Both the position numbers and the translations under genes were made by a program. From Myxococcota bacterium (GTDB taxonomy: Bacteria; Myxococcota_A; UBA796; UBA2385): a DNA stretch of 64,000 nucleotides. The stretch covers positions 224,001 to 288,000 of the forward strand of contig JBIJDH010000003.1 of assembly GCA_044344255.1 (NCBI GenBank). The letters run 5' to 3'. Positions 44,243-53,053 of the stretch are shown here, one piece after another. A model generated the notes under the pieces. The model did no database searches. It saw only the letters and a list, made by a program, of their open reading frames with translations, and was not told the origin of the DNA. Each line of letters opens with the position of its first letter. The first letter of the stretch is position 1.

Positions 44243-45876
44243 GCACGGTGGAACGGTGGGATGTCCTGCTCCGCTTCGTCGCGGGGCCGCTCTCCCTGCA
44301 GGGGGACATGGTGCTGCAGGGCCCCGTGGTCCGGATGGGGGCCAACCCTGGCCCCGGCGGCCTTAAGCTCGAGGGATACCGTGGCCTGGACGATCGACAG
44401 GCGGTGATCACGGCCTACGACGGGACCGCGGTCTCGATCGCGCCGGTGGGGGTCAATCAGGTCCGCGTCGCCCCGCACGAGAACCAGAACTGGGCGGAGA
44501 TCCAAGCGATCCGCGGCCCGGTTTACCTGAGCTCGGGGGACGCCTTCCACCTCGGCCCACCCGGTCGCGGGGTCACGGCGGTCTTCATCAAGGCGCAGCG
44601 CCTGGGTGTCTGGGAGCAGAATCGCATCCTCTCGGAGTCGGCCCAGGTCGATCCGGGCCTCCAGCCCTCGAACGTCAAGGAGCTCTCGAGCCGCCGGGGC
44701 ATCCCCATCTGGGTGATCCCCGCCTTCATCGTGACGAGCATGTTCACCGCGGTCGGGCTCGTGGCCGTGGTCGCCGTGCGCAACATCAACCTCGACCCTG
44801 ACCCCTTGGGCCCCGTGATCGAGGGGGAGGAGGTGCACAAGTTCGTCAACATCTCGTCGCAGAAGGTGGATCCGAGCCTCAAGGAGGGCCTGCGCGGCCC
44901 CTTCGAAGACTTCGTGATGAAGCCGAATGAGCAGGTCTCGGGCATCAAGGGCCTGGCCAAGGACGAGAAGCAGTGGGACCAGACCTTCTACCGCTATGTT
45001 GAGGCGGCGGTCTCCGCCCACGCGGCAGGATGGCGTTTCTGGAGCCGCCTGGAGGCCATCAAGGACCAGTACGCCTACGTGGTCACCGAGCTCCGAAAGG
45101 CCAAGCTGCCCGAGGTCTTCGCGGCCATCCCCTACCAGGAGTCCTCGTACCGCCCCGACGCCCGCTCACCCGTCTGTGCGGTGGGGTACTGGCAGTTCAT
45201 GCCAGAGGTCGCGTTTCGGGTGGGGATCCCGGTCAAGGACTGCCACATGTCGGGCAGCCAGGGCCTCTGGACCCCCACCGAGCCGGTGCCAGTGCGCGGC
45301 GTGCTCAAGAACGCGGTCTATGTCGAACAGGATCCGCTCCGCTGTCGCATCTCGCGCTGCGACGTCGATGAGCGGACGAACCTCGAGGTCTCCACCGCCG
45401 GCGCGATCGTCGCGCTGTCCGAGGCCTGGGAAGACGATCAGTTCCGGGCCTCCGGCTCGGCCGTTCAGATCACCATCCTCACGCACAACTCCGGCTACGA
45501 CAACGCGAAGTACTACGAAGACAAGCAGCCCAACATCATCAACATCAAGCCTGCTTACAACCGCTACCTGAAGGACAAGAAGGTCGAGCGGGCGGTGGAC
45601 TTCTACGGACAGAACATCACCTGTACCGGCACCGAGGCCGGGCAGATCATGGAGTCCAACAACCGTTGTGGCGGCGTGATCGCCAACCAATCCCAACATT
45701 ATGCGTACTCGATCGTCGCTCAGCACATCCTCGCCGTCTGTTACTATGCGAAGAATCACGGCGATATGTCAGCCTTCAAGCAGTGGAACCGGGACTATGT
45801 CATCGGTGACGGCTACTGTGACAAGCTGAAGGGTGTGCCGAGCCTGGACGAGATCAAGGCGCGCGGGGGCTCCTGA
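44239..45876 (+). CDS. FHA-like + TM + SLT (MltD-like) lytic transglycosylase
   Basis: IPYQESSY.P.ARS...AVGYWQFMP, VDERT.LEVST.GA, HNSG; ATGA coupling to the pseudokinase. Confidence 0.85.
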   Translation: MSTVERWDVLLRFVAGPLSLQGDMVLQGPVVRMGANPGPGGLKLEGYRGLDDRQAVITAYDGTAVSIAPVGVNQVRVAPHENQNWAEIQAIRGPVYLSSGDAFHLGPPGRGVTAVFIKAQRLGVWEQNRILSESAQVDPGLQPSNVKELSSRRGIPIWVIPAFIVTSMFTAVGLVAVVAVRNINLDPDPLGPVIEGEEVHKFVNISSQKVDPSLKEGLRGPFEDFVMKPNEQVSGIKGLAKDEKQWDQTFYRYVEAAVSAHAAGWRFWSRLEAIKDQYAYVVTELRKAKLPEVFAAIPYQESSYRPDARSPVCAVGYWQFMPEVAFRVGIPVKDCHMSGSQGLWTPTEPVPVRGVLKNAVYVEQDPLRCRISRCDVDERTNLEVSTAGAIVALSEAWEDDQFRASGSAVQITILTHNSGYDNAKYYEDKQPNIINIKPAYNRYLKDKKVERAVDFYGQNITCTGTEAGQIMESNNRCGGVIANQSQHYAYSIVAQHILAVCYYAKNHGDMSAFKQWNRDYVIGDGYCDKLKGVPSLDEIKARGGS

Positions 45877-45881
45877 ACCAG

Positions 45882-46607
45882 ATGCGCACCATCATGTCCC
45901 TCGCCGTGCTCGTCATTGTGCTGCTCCTCACGAGCTACCTCGTGTATTTGGAGAACGCGCACAACAAGATCGCACCCACCGAGGCGAAGGTGCGCCACCT
46001 CGCCGAGAAGTCCGATCCTCAGTTCGACATGCTCTTTCTGTCCACCAAGCGAGAGGAGAACCTGACGCGGATGGGGCTCACCGGCGCGCTGCTCAAAGAC
46101 ACGCTCCGGCAGGCCCAGCGGAATGAAGACGAGCTCGCAGGGAAGCTGACCCGTCTCCTCAACGAGTCCGCCGAGCCCGACAAGCTGGTGGCCGACATCT
46201 GCGGCCGGACCAACGATCGTCGGCCCCGTTACGGCGCGATCGCCTGGCTGGTGGTCGACGAGAAGGGCGAACGACGGCCCATTGACCTCGCCCGGATCAC
46301 CAAGCTCGAACGTCAAGACTGGGCCGTGGGCTCGTCAGTCGATGAGATCTACAAGCACCTCGAGCTCGCCGACGGCCCCCATCCGGACGCGACCTTGATG
46401 GGCGTGGCGGGCATCCTGCTCAAGCAGGAGGAGAAGGTGCTCCAGGACTACAAGCCGTGGGGTTCGGGCCTCGTGATCGGTCAGTGGAGCTGGGAGGACG
46501 TCATCAAGACCTACCCCGGCATCGCCGCCTGGAGCCGCGACTACTTCGCCCTGATGCACGTCACCCTGGAGCTGGCCAACGCGGAGGAGGGGGTCTGTAA
46601 TGGCTGA
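45882..46607 (+). CDS. Single-TM/secreted hypothetical protein
   Basis: N-terminal hydrophobic helix; 5 nt after the SLT stop. Confidence 0.7.
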   Translation: MRTIMSLAVLVIVLLLTSYLVYLENAHNKIAPTEAKVRHLAEKSDPQFDMLFLSTKREENLTRMGLTGALLKDTLRQAQRNEDELAGKLTRLLNESAEPDKLVADICGRTNDRRPRYGAIAWLVVDEKGERRPIDLARITKLERQDWAVGSSVDEIYKHLELADGPHPDATLMGVAGILLKQEEKVLQDYKPWGSGLVIGQWSWEDVIKTYPGIAAWSRDYFALMHVTLELANAEEGVCNG

Positions 46608-46834
46608 GGTCGCCGATCGGGCCCGCTCGTGGGGCCCTCGGTGAACCTCCAGCGCGGATCTGCCGAGGGCATTGGCCCGTCCTGCGCTGTGCGGGGTATA
46701 GTCCTGGGGGCGACGCGGCTGCGCTACACTCCGCTCCGTGGCCAACACCCGCACCATCTTTCCAAGATCCTGCCTTCAAGCCTCGCCTTCACGAGCCTTG
46801 CCCTTCTTAGCCCTGCACCCCGCTGCGACTGCTG

Positions 46835-49000
46835 ATGTCCGAGCCTAGACGGCGGTTTCGTTTCCTGAAGGAGCTCTCGGAGGGCGCCTTCGGGAAGGTG
46901 TACCTCGCCGAGATGATCACCGGCGACGCCTTCAAGAGCGTCGTGGCCATCAAGCTCCTCCACGGGAAGTGGGGTGGCCACGAGGAGATCGTGCGTCGGT
47001 CCCGCGATGAGGCGCGCGTGCTCGGCCTGCTCCACCACCGAAACATCATCCGGGTGGACGACCTCACCTCCCTCAATGGCCAATGCGCCATCGTGATGGA
47101 GTACCTCGACGGCGTCGACATCAAGAACCTGATCAACTACTCGCGGGAGCTGGGGGTCGGCTTCCCCCGAAAGGTCTCCTTCGAGATCGGCGCTCAGATC
47201 GCGGCCGCCCTCGACGCCGCCTACAACCACCGCCCGCTCGGCGGCGGTGACCCCCTGCAGGTCATCCACCGCGACATCAAGCCCTCCAACGTGATGATCA
47301 CGACGGCGGGTGAGGTGAAGGTGCTCGACTTCGGCACCGCCCAGGCCCGCTTCGACGAGCGAGAGGCCCACACGCAGGCCCTGGCCTTCGGCTCTGCCGC
47401 CTACATGGCCCCAGAGCGCTTGCTCGGGGATCCGGACGCCCCGAGCGGGGACGTCTTCTCGCTCGGCATCACCCTCTTCGAGATCATTGCCTTCGATCCC
47501 TTCGGGAAGATCCACATCCGCCCTGAGAAGTTCGACGCTCGCCTCGAACGCCGGTTGGGTGAGATCGACCTCTCGGACCTCAGCGAAGGCCAGGGCGAGC
47601 AGGTGAGGGGGCTGCTGCGGCAGTTCCTCGCCTACGAGGCCTCGGAGCGCCCGAACGCGAGCCAGTGTGTGGAGCTGCTCGAGTCTTTCGCCGATGAGCT
47701 CAGCGATGGGAACCTGCGTCGTTTTTGCCGGGAGGTCGTCAAGCCTTGCCGCGAGGCGATGGCGCCGGAGCAGGATCCGAACGACCCCCTCACCGGGAGC
47801 ACCCTCTTCGAGGACAGCTCCGGGCTCCGCAGCATGGAGGGGCCGTCGGCCACTTGGGTAGACGGCGGCGAGCCTCCTTCCGCTGAGGCTGGCGGCGTCA
47901 ACAGCGCGTCCCGCAGCGCATCCCGCGCGATTCGCGCGCCCGGGGAGGGCGTGAGCCCGCGGCCCACGCCGGCGCCCCCGGTTGACTCCACCGTCGAGCT
48001 GCCGAAGGTGCAGCATTCGCCATCGGCGGACTCGGCGCCCCGCCTCGATCCGCGGGTCATGGTCTCCGGCTCCCGCCCCGCCGGCCGACCGCAGGTGGTG
48101 AGCCCGACCATCATCCCGCCGCCGCCGGAGGCCGACGCCAACTTCTTCGCGGCGCCGACGATGCTCGGCTTCACGGGCGACGAAGATCCGAGCGAGGGCA
48201 TCGAGATCCGCCCGATCGCCTCGGGGCCCTCCGCCTCGTCTGCTGTCCCATCCGAGCCGCGGCGCGCCCCCACGCCGCCTCCGCCGCTCGACCGGGGCAC
48301 CCCGGCGGACCCCTCCGCTGAGCCGGACACGGGCCGAGTGGCCGCCGTCGCCCCCTCCAGCCACGTCGCCAACCAGCCGCTCCCCCAGCCCACCCTCAGG
48401 CCGGTCCCCTTGTCCGGTCCGGTGGTCAACCAGGCGCCGGTCCGCCCCACGGCGCCCATTCCCCAACGACCGGCGGCCGTGCGGCCCGAGGTCGCCCGCC
48501 CCGATCCCCGAAATGCTGATGCTCCGCCTCGCTCTGGCGGTGGCTTCATCAAGCTGCTCGTGGCCGCCCTCGCCCTGCTGCTGGTGGTGGGCGCTGGCGG
48601 GGCGGTCGTCGTGCTCTCCGGCGTGCTCACGCGGGACGGCTCCTCTCTGCCCGATGGAGAGGGTGTGCCGGGCGACGCCTCGAAGGGTGGTCGAAAGGTG
48701 GAGATCGCCACGCTCGGCCCCTCAGTCGGCGTCGCCACCCTGGTCATCCTGCCGCCGGGCAAGGCGGAGGTGGATGTCCGGGCCATGGGCGGCTCGATGA
48801 AAGAAGAGTGGGACGGCTCTGGACGGCTGGAGCTGCTCGGCCTCGAGCCGGGCACCTATCAGACCAAGATCGCCCCCCACTCGGGCTCCAGCCGCCGCGC
48901 GACCTTCGATGTAAAGGGCGGTGAGACCTGCACCTACACCTTCGACACCCGGAAGGACGGTGAGGAATGGGAGAAGTCCGGTTGCGCGCCCCTGCCTTGA
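46835..49000 (+). CDS. Membrane Hanks-type Ser/Thr protein kinase
   Basis: EGAFGKV, VAIK, HRDIKPSN, DFG, YMAPE, DVFSLG; Pro-rich linker, TM, small beta-rich (PEGA-like) extracytoplasmic domain. Confidence 0.94.
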   Translation: MSEPRRRFRFLKELSEGAFGKVYLAEMITGDAFKSVVAIKLLHGKWGGHEEIVRRSRDEARVLGLLHHRNIIRVDDLTSLNGQCAIVMEYLDGVDIKNLINYSRELGVGFPRKVSFEIGAQIAAALDAAYNHRPLGGGDPLQVIHRDIKPSNVMITTAGEVKVLDFGTAQARFDEREAHTQALAFGSAAYMAPERLLGDPDAPSGDVFSLGITLFEIIAFDPFGKIHIRPEKFDARLERRLGEIDLSDLSEGQGEQVRGLLRQFLAYEASERPNASQCVELLESFADELSDGNLRRFCREVVKPCREAMAPEQDPNDPLTGSTLFEDSSGLRSMEGPSATWVDGGEPPSAEAGGVNSASRSASRAIRAPGEGVSPRPTPAPPVDSTVELPKVQHSPSADSAPRLDPRVMVSGSRPAGRPQVVSPTIIPPPPEADANFFAAPTMLGFTGDEDPSEGIEIRPIASGPSASSAVPSEPRRAPTPPPPLDRGTPADPSAEPDTGRVAAVAPSSHVANQPLPQPTLRPVPLSGPVVNQAPVRPTAPIPQRPAAVRPEVARPDPRNADAPPRSGGGFIKLLVAALALLLVVGAGGAVVVLSGVLTRDGSSLPDGEGVPGDASKGGRKVEIATLGPSVGVATLVILPPGKAEVDVRAMGGSMKEEWDGSGRLELLGLEPGTYQTKIAPHSGSSRRATFDVKGGETCTYTFDTRKDGEEWEKSGCAPLP

Positions 49001-50463
49001 GGGTGCTTCGCGGTCTCCTGCTCGGCGTGGGGCTGCTCCTCTCGGGGCTGGCCTCTGCCTCGTCCTTCGACGATCAGGTCGGGGCGGCGCGGGCGGCGAT
49101 CGCCAAGAAGGACACGAAGGCTGCAGACAAGGCCCTCGATCTCGCGGAGGCGGCGGCGCCGGACTCCACGACGCTGCTCGGCCCGCGCAGCCTCGCGCAG
49201 TTTTGGTACTACCGGGGCCTCGTCGCTCAGCTCGGGAAGCAGAAGAGCAGCGTGGTGATGGACGCTTGGCGTCAGGCCTTGCTCGTGGACAACACGCTCC
49301 CTTGGGAGCAGGGCCTCATCCCGAACGAGGATGATCCGTGGAGCCTCTTCGAGGCGCTGCGGGCGGAGGTCCGAGGGCGACCGACCGTCAAGGTGGGTGT
49401 CCCGGAGAAGACGGGGAGGACGAAGATCTACATCGACGGTGTGCGTCGGGTCGCGGGCGATGAGGTGCTCTCGGGCACCCACCTCGGCCAGGTGATCTGC
49501 GATGACGGCTCGTTTCACGGCGTCTGGACCGACCTCGGCAAGGAGGTCAAGTGGTTCAAGCTCTGCCCCGGCGGGGTGGACACGACGGTGGTGGTCGCCG
49601 AGTCCGCTGGCTCCGACGACTGGGATGAGATGGGGCCGGCCTTCGGCGAGGATGGCGCGGACGTCGGCGGAGCCGAGGTCGCCGCCGTCGTGCCGCCCGT
49701 CGAGAAGAAGGTCGCTGAGAAGCCGCCCGTCGAGAAGAAGGTCGCTGAGAAGCCGCCCGTCGAGAAGAGGGTCGCTGAGAAGCCGCCCGTCGAGAAGAAG
49801 GTCGCTGAGAAGCCGCCCGTCGAGAAGAAGGTCGCTGTGGTGCCGCCGGTCGAGGACAAGGCCGCCTCGGAGGGCCATCCGGCGACCAAGGGCGCGACCA
49901 AGAAGGGCACCGCCGGTCCGGGCACCGTCGAGGCGGGAGCAGCCAGCTCGTCGGGGGGGGAGAAGTCGGTCGCCGCGAAGGCCGCTGGCGAGAAGAAGTC
50001 CAGCGGCAAGGGCGGCAAGGGCGGCAAGGGTGGCAAGGGTGGCAAGGGTGGTAAGGGCGGCAAGGGTGGAGGTGCCAAGAGCGGAGCGGGTGAGGGGAAG
50101 GGCGCGACCGCCGCGAAGGACCCGAAGGACAAGGGCGGCTGGAGCCCGGTGGCCACCGGGCTGGTGGCCGGGGGCGGCGGCCTCCTGCTGACGGGGACCG
50201 CCCTCAATTTCGCCTGGGTGAACCCTGCCTGGGCCGAGCTTGACGCCGCCCGCTCCGATCCAGGTACGGTCACGTCCGCCGAAGCCGACGCCCTCTCGCA
50301 GACCTTCAACACCCGTCGGATGGTCACGCTGGGCGTGGGCGGCGCCGGGGCGGCGATCGCGCTCGGCGGCGTGCTGGTCGTAGCCATCGACGTCGAGCGC
50401 TCCCCCTGGATGCTCCGACCCTTGGTCGGGCCGGCCTCATTCGGCATCGCGGGCCGCTTCTGA
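48997..50463 (+). CDS. Secreted TPR/PEGA-like protein with Lys-rich repeats and hydrophobic C-terminus
   Basis: Signal peptide ending ASA, helical N-domain, IYIDG..., ends FGIAGRF; TTGA overlap with the kinase stop. Confidence 0.65.
   Translation: MRVLRGLLLGVGLLLSGLASASSFDDQVGAARAAIAKKDTKAADKALDLAEAAAPDSTTLLGPRSLAQFWYYRGLVAQLGKQKSSVVMDAWRQALLVDNTLPWEQGLIPNEDDPWSLFEALRAEVRGRPTVKVGVPEKTGRTKIYIDGVRRVAGDEVLSGTHLGQVICDDGSFHGVWTDLGKEVKWFKLCPGGVDTTVVVAESAGSDDWDEMGPAFGEDGADVGGAEVAAVVPPVEKKVAEKPPVEKKVAEKPPVEKRVAEKPPVEKKVAEKPPVEKKVAVVPPVEDKAASEGHPATKGATKKGTAGPGTVEAGAASSSGGEKSVAAKAAGEKKSSGKGGKGGKGGKGGKGGKGGKGGGAKSGAGEGKGATAAKDPKDKGGWSPVATGLVAGGGGLLLTGTALNFAWVNPAWAELDAARSDPGTVTSAEADALSQTFNTRRMVTLGVGGAGAAIALGGVLVVAIDVERSPWMLRPLVGPASFGIAGRF
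49692..49837 (+). repeat. 30-bp coding tandem repeat, about 5 copies (PPVEKKVAEK)
   Basis: gccgcccgtcgagaagaaggtcgctgagaa at 49692, 49722, 49752, 49782 and 49812 (last partial), one substitution. Confidence 0.95.
50005..50067 (+). repeat. 9-bp coding repeat, (GKG)x7
   Basis: ggYaagggY repeated seven times. Confidence 0.9.
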
Positions 50464-50525
50464 GCGCGCACGCGCAGGGATCGGCGGGGCGGCTCCAGGA
50501 GCAGGCGGATCGGGCCGCGCGGCTC

Positions 50526-51560
50526 ATGGAGGAGCGGCGCTGGTCTGAGGCGGCCGCGACCTTTGAGCTGTTGGCGGAGCGGGCTCGGCAACGGGGGGAC
50601 CGCTCGACCGCGCAGCAGGCCTGGGCCCTCGCCGGAGACGCCCTCCGACGCGATGATCGGGTAGCGGCGGGGGCACGGGCGCTCCGGCGGGCACTCGACC
50701 TCCTCGATCGCGGCGACGGCGCGGCCCTCGAGCGGCGTGGACTCGCTGAGGTGGAGCTGGCCAGCCTCCTCGTCCAGGCGGGAGCGATCGAGGCCGGGGC
50801 GACCCTCTGCCGAGAGCGATCGGCGGGGCCCTGCTCGGCCGGGCTGCGCGCGCTCGCCCTCGATGGCCTCTGTGGGGCGCGCTTGCTCCAAGGTCGGCTT
50901 GCCGACGCGCTCGGCGCGATGGCGGAGCTCGAGGCCGTCTGCCCCCCGTCTGCCCGCCCGGCGGTCTGGTTTCGACGCGCCGCCGAGGCGAGGCTCGGCG
51001 GTGACCTCGCCTGCGCGCAAGCCCACCTCGATCGGGTGCTGGCGGAGGCCCCCGCTGGTGCCGACTGGAGCGGGCCGCGGGCCGCGGCGGCAGAGGAGCA
51101 GGGTGAGCTGGCCCTCCTGCGGGGTGACCTCGATCGCGCGGCGAGCTGGCTGGACGATGCGGCGCGGGGCTGGACCGCCGCGGGGCGGCGCTCCGCGCTC
51201 TATCGAGTGGAGGCCGCGTCGGTGCGGGTCCAGCTCACGGCCGGCGCGCTCCCGCTGGCCGCCGTGTTGGACGGGCCGGTCGAGTATGCGGCGGAGCGGG
51301 GCTTGCTCCTGCTGGAGGTCGAGCTCCGGCGGGCCCGCGGAGCCGCGCGCAGCCGACTGGGCCTCGATGGCGCGTCCGATCTGGACCTCGCCGTCTCGTT
51401 GGCCGAGCAGAGCGGGGCGGTGCTCGCGGAGGGATATGCCCGTTTCACCCGTCTCCGCTGCCTCGCGCGCGGCTCAGAGGGGCCGCGGCTCGCGCAGTGC
51501 CTCTCCTCCGATCGGGTCCTGTCCGGCTGGCTGGACCGCCCCGGGGACGCCCCCTGGTGA
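50526..51560 (+). CDS. TPR-like helical hypothetical protein
   Basis: Ala/Leu/Arg-rich helical repeats; 3' end overlaps the convergent gene. Confidence 0.55.
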   Translation: MEERRWSEAAATFELLAERARQRGDRSTAQQAWALAGDALRRDDRVAAGARALRRALDLLDRGDGAALERRGLAEVELASLLVQAGAIEAGATLCRERSAGPCSAGLRALALDGLCGARLLQGRLADALGAMAELEAVCPPSARPAVWFRRAAEARLGGDLACAQAHLDRVLAEAPAGADWSGPRAAAAEEQGELALLRGDLDRAASWLDDAARGWTAAGRRSALYRVEAASVRVQLTAGALPLAAVLDGPVEYAAERGLLLLEVELRRARGAARSRLGLDGASDLDLAVSLAEQSGAVLAEGYARFTRLRCLARGSEGPRLAQCLSSDRVLSGWLDRPGDAPW

Positions 51561-52667
51561 GCCTCCGGCGGCGCGAGGGTGAGCGAGGGCCTCGGCCGCG
51601 TGCCAGCGGAGCTCTGGATCGGGGCTCCGATCTCGGAGCTCGGTGAAGAGCGCCCGCTCCTCTGGCTCACCGCCCGGGAGCCCCGCGGCGCGGAGGAGGC
51701 GCATCGCGGTCCAGCGGACGCGCGGGCGGGGATCGTCGAGGGCGGACAGGAAGACCGCGCCGCCTTGTGCGGGGTCCCAGAACAGGGCCTCGAGCGCGGC
51801 GATGATCACGTCCTCCTCCACGGTCTCCCCGACCAGGCGCACCCCACCGCCATAGAGCGGGACATGGGGTAGGCCGCGCTCCCCGGGGGACAGGATCGGG
51901 GTGGCATAGCGGCCGAAGGGCGCGCCCGCAGGGAGGGCTGGGCCGGTGGGGGCCGGAGCGGCCCGCTGCCAAATGGTCAGCACCTCGGCGGGGAGAGTGC
52001 CCGGGCGGATCCGCACCACCTCGATGGCGAAGCCGGTGCGGAGCACGGCGCCGAGCGGATCGTCGAGGTGGGCGGGGTCGGGATCGGTCTCGCCCCGGCC
52101 CACGTAGAGGTTGTAGCCGAAGCGGGCGAGCACGAGGTCGCGACCCTCGCCTTCGAGGCCGTCGCCGGCCCCCGCGAGCGCGGCCTCCACGCCCGACCGC
52201 AGCTCTTCGGCGGCGGCCCGCAGGGTCTCTGGATCGGCGCTCGGACGGAGTGCGGGATCGGCCGGCAGGCGCCAGGCGGTGTGGGTCAGGCAGTTGCGGC
52301 CGAACCAGCCCGCCGCCCGGCAGTGACGGAGGGCGGACAGAGTCTGTCCGGCTCGGCCGAGCTCCTCGCCCGCTCGAAAGTGGCACTCCTCTTGCCAGGT
52401 CCCGGGTGGCACGGCGGCGCAGAGGGCGTCGGCGGCGGCGCTGTCCCCCGATGCCGCAGCCAGCGCCGCGGCTTGCACCCAGCATGTGGTGGCGAGCTCG
52501 GGGAAGGTCTCGCGGTCGCAGGCGGCGATCAGGGCGGGCAGCTCACGCGGCCAGGGGGCGAGGGCGAGGGCGGCGGGGTCTCCGTCGTCGCAGGCGAGGA
52601 GCAGGATCGCGAGCGGCCAACCCGCTCGGCGGCGGGCGGCGTGGGTGCGCGTGGGGGCGCCGCTCAT
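51474..52667 (-). CDS. Putative Cys-rich lipoprotein
   Basis: Lipobox LLAC, paired Cys helical repeats, HEAT-like C-terminus; ATGA overlap with the upstream gene. Confidence 0.55.
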   Translation of the reverse strand: MSGAPTRTHAARRRAGWPLAILLLACDDGDPAALALAPWPRELPALIAACDRETFPELATTCWVQAAALAAASGDSAAADALCAAVPPGTWQEECHFRAGEELGRAGQTLSALRHCRAAGWFGRNCLTHTAWRLPADPALRPSADPETLRAAAEELRSGVEAALAGAGDGLEGEGRDLVLARFGYNLYVGRGETDPDPAHLDDPLGAVLRTGFAIEVVRIRPGTLPAEVLTIWQRAAPAPTGPALPAGAPFGRYATPILSPGERGLPHVPLYGGGVRLVGETVEEDVIIAALEALFWDPAQGGAVFLSALDDPRPRVRWTAMRLLRAAGLPGGEPEERALFTELRDRSPDPELRWHAAEALAHPRAAGGSPGGVPGAVQPAGQDPIGGEALREPRPL

Positions 52668-53053
52668 CCCGGCGGCTGCGGGGGGCGGCGGGTAGTCTGC
52701 AGGTGCGGCCGCCCGACCACCTGCTGGCACTTCTCCTGGGCCTGCGCGGTGCGGGTCCGCGCGCAGAGCCGCGCCCCCTGGTCGGGTCGCGTGATCGCGA
52801 GGCGCAGCAGGAGGAGGTCGTGGCTGGCGTCGTCCGCGATGGCGGCGAGGGCCCGGTTCAGGGCGGGCTCGTCGTCCACGAGGGGGAGGGTCAGGGTGTA
52901 ACGACACTCCTCTCGATCGGCGGCGAGGGATAGGGTCTCACAGTCCGGGCGCCCCTCGCGCGCCGCCCCGCCGCAGGCCAGGGCGCCGAGGGGAGCCAGG
53001 AGCAGCCCGAACCGCTGCTGCAGGCGACGCGCTTCCAATCGGGCCGCTCTCAT
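52664..53053 (-). CDS. Small Cys-rich putative lipoprotein
   Basis: ALAC lipobox, four further Cys; ATGA overlaps on both sides. Confidence 0.55.
   Translation of the reverse strand: MRAARLEARRLQQRFGLLLAPLGALACGGAAREGRPDCETLSLAADREECRYTLTLPLVDDEPALNRALAAIADDASHDLLLLRLAITRPDQGARLCARTRTAQAQEKCQQVVGRPHLQTTRRPPQPPG

Noticed and set aside
34741..45876. Type VII secretion system or a complete ubiquitin-conjugation operon
   Set aside because: No FtsK/EssC ATPase or WXG100 protein; no E1, E2 or JAB; the Ubl domains lack a terminal Gly-Gly.
44239..45876. SLT protein as a release endolysin
   Set aside because: It is TM-anchored with an N-terminal FHA-like domain and has no adjacent holin or spanin, which fits local peptidoglycan remodelling better.
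49692..49837. CRISPR array
   Set aside because: Repeats are head-to-tail with no spacers, in frame within a CDS, and no cas genes are present.
1627..50463. Canonical T6SS
   Set aside because: Single-chain sheath and gp19-type tubes rather than TssB/TssC and Hcp; no TssJLM, TssK, TssA or ClpV recognised.
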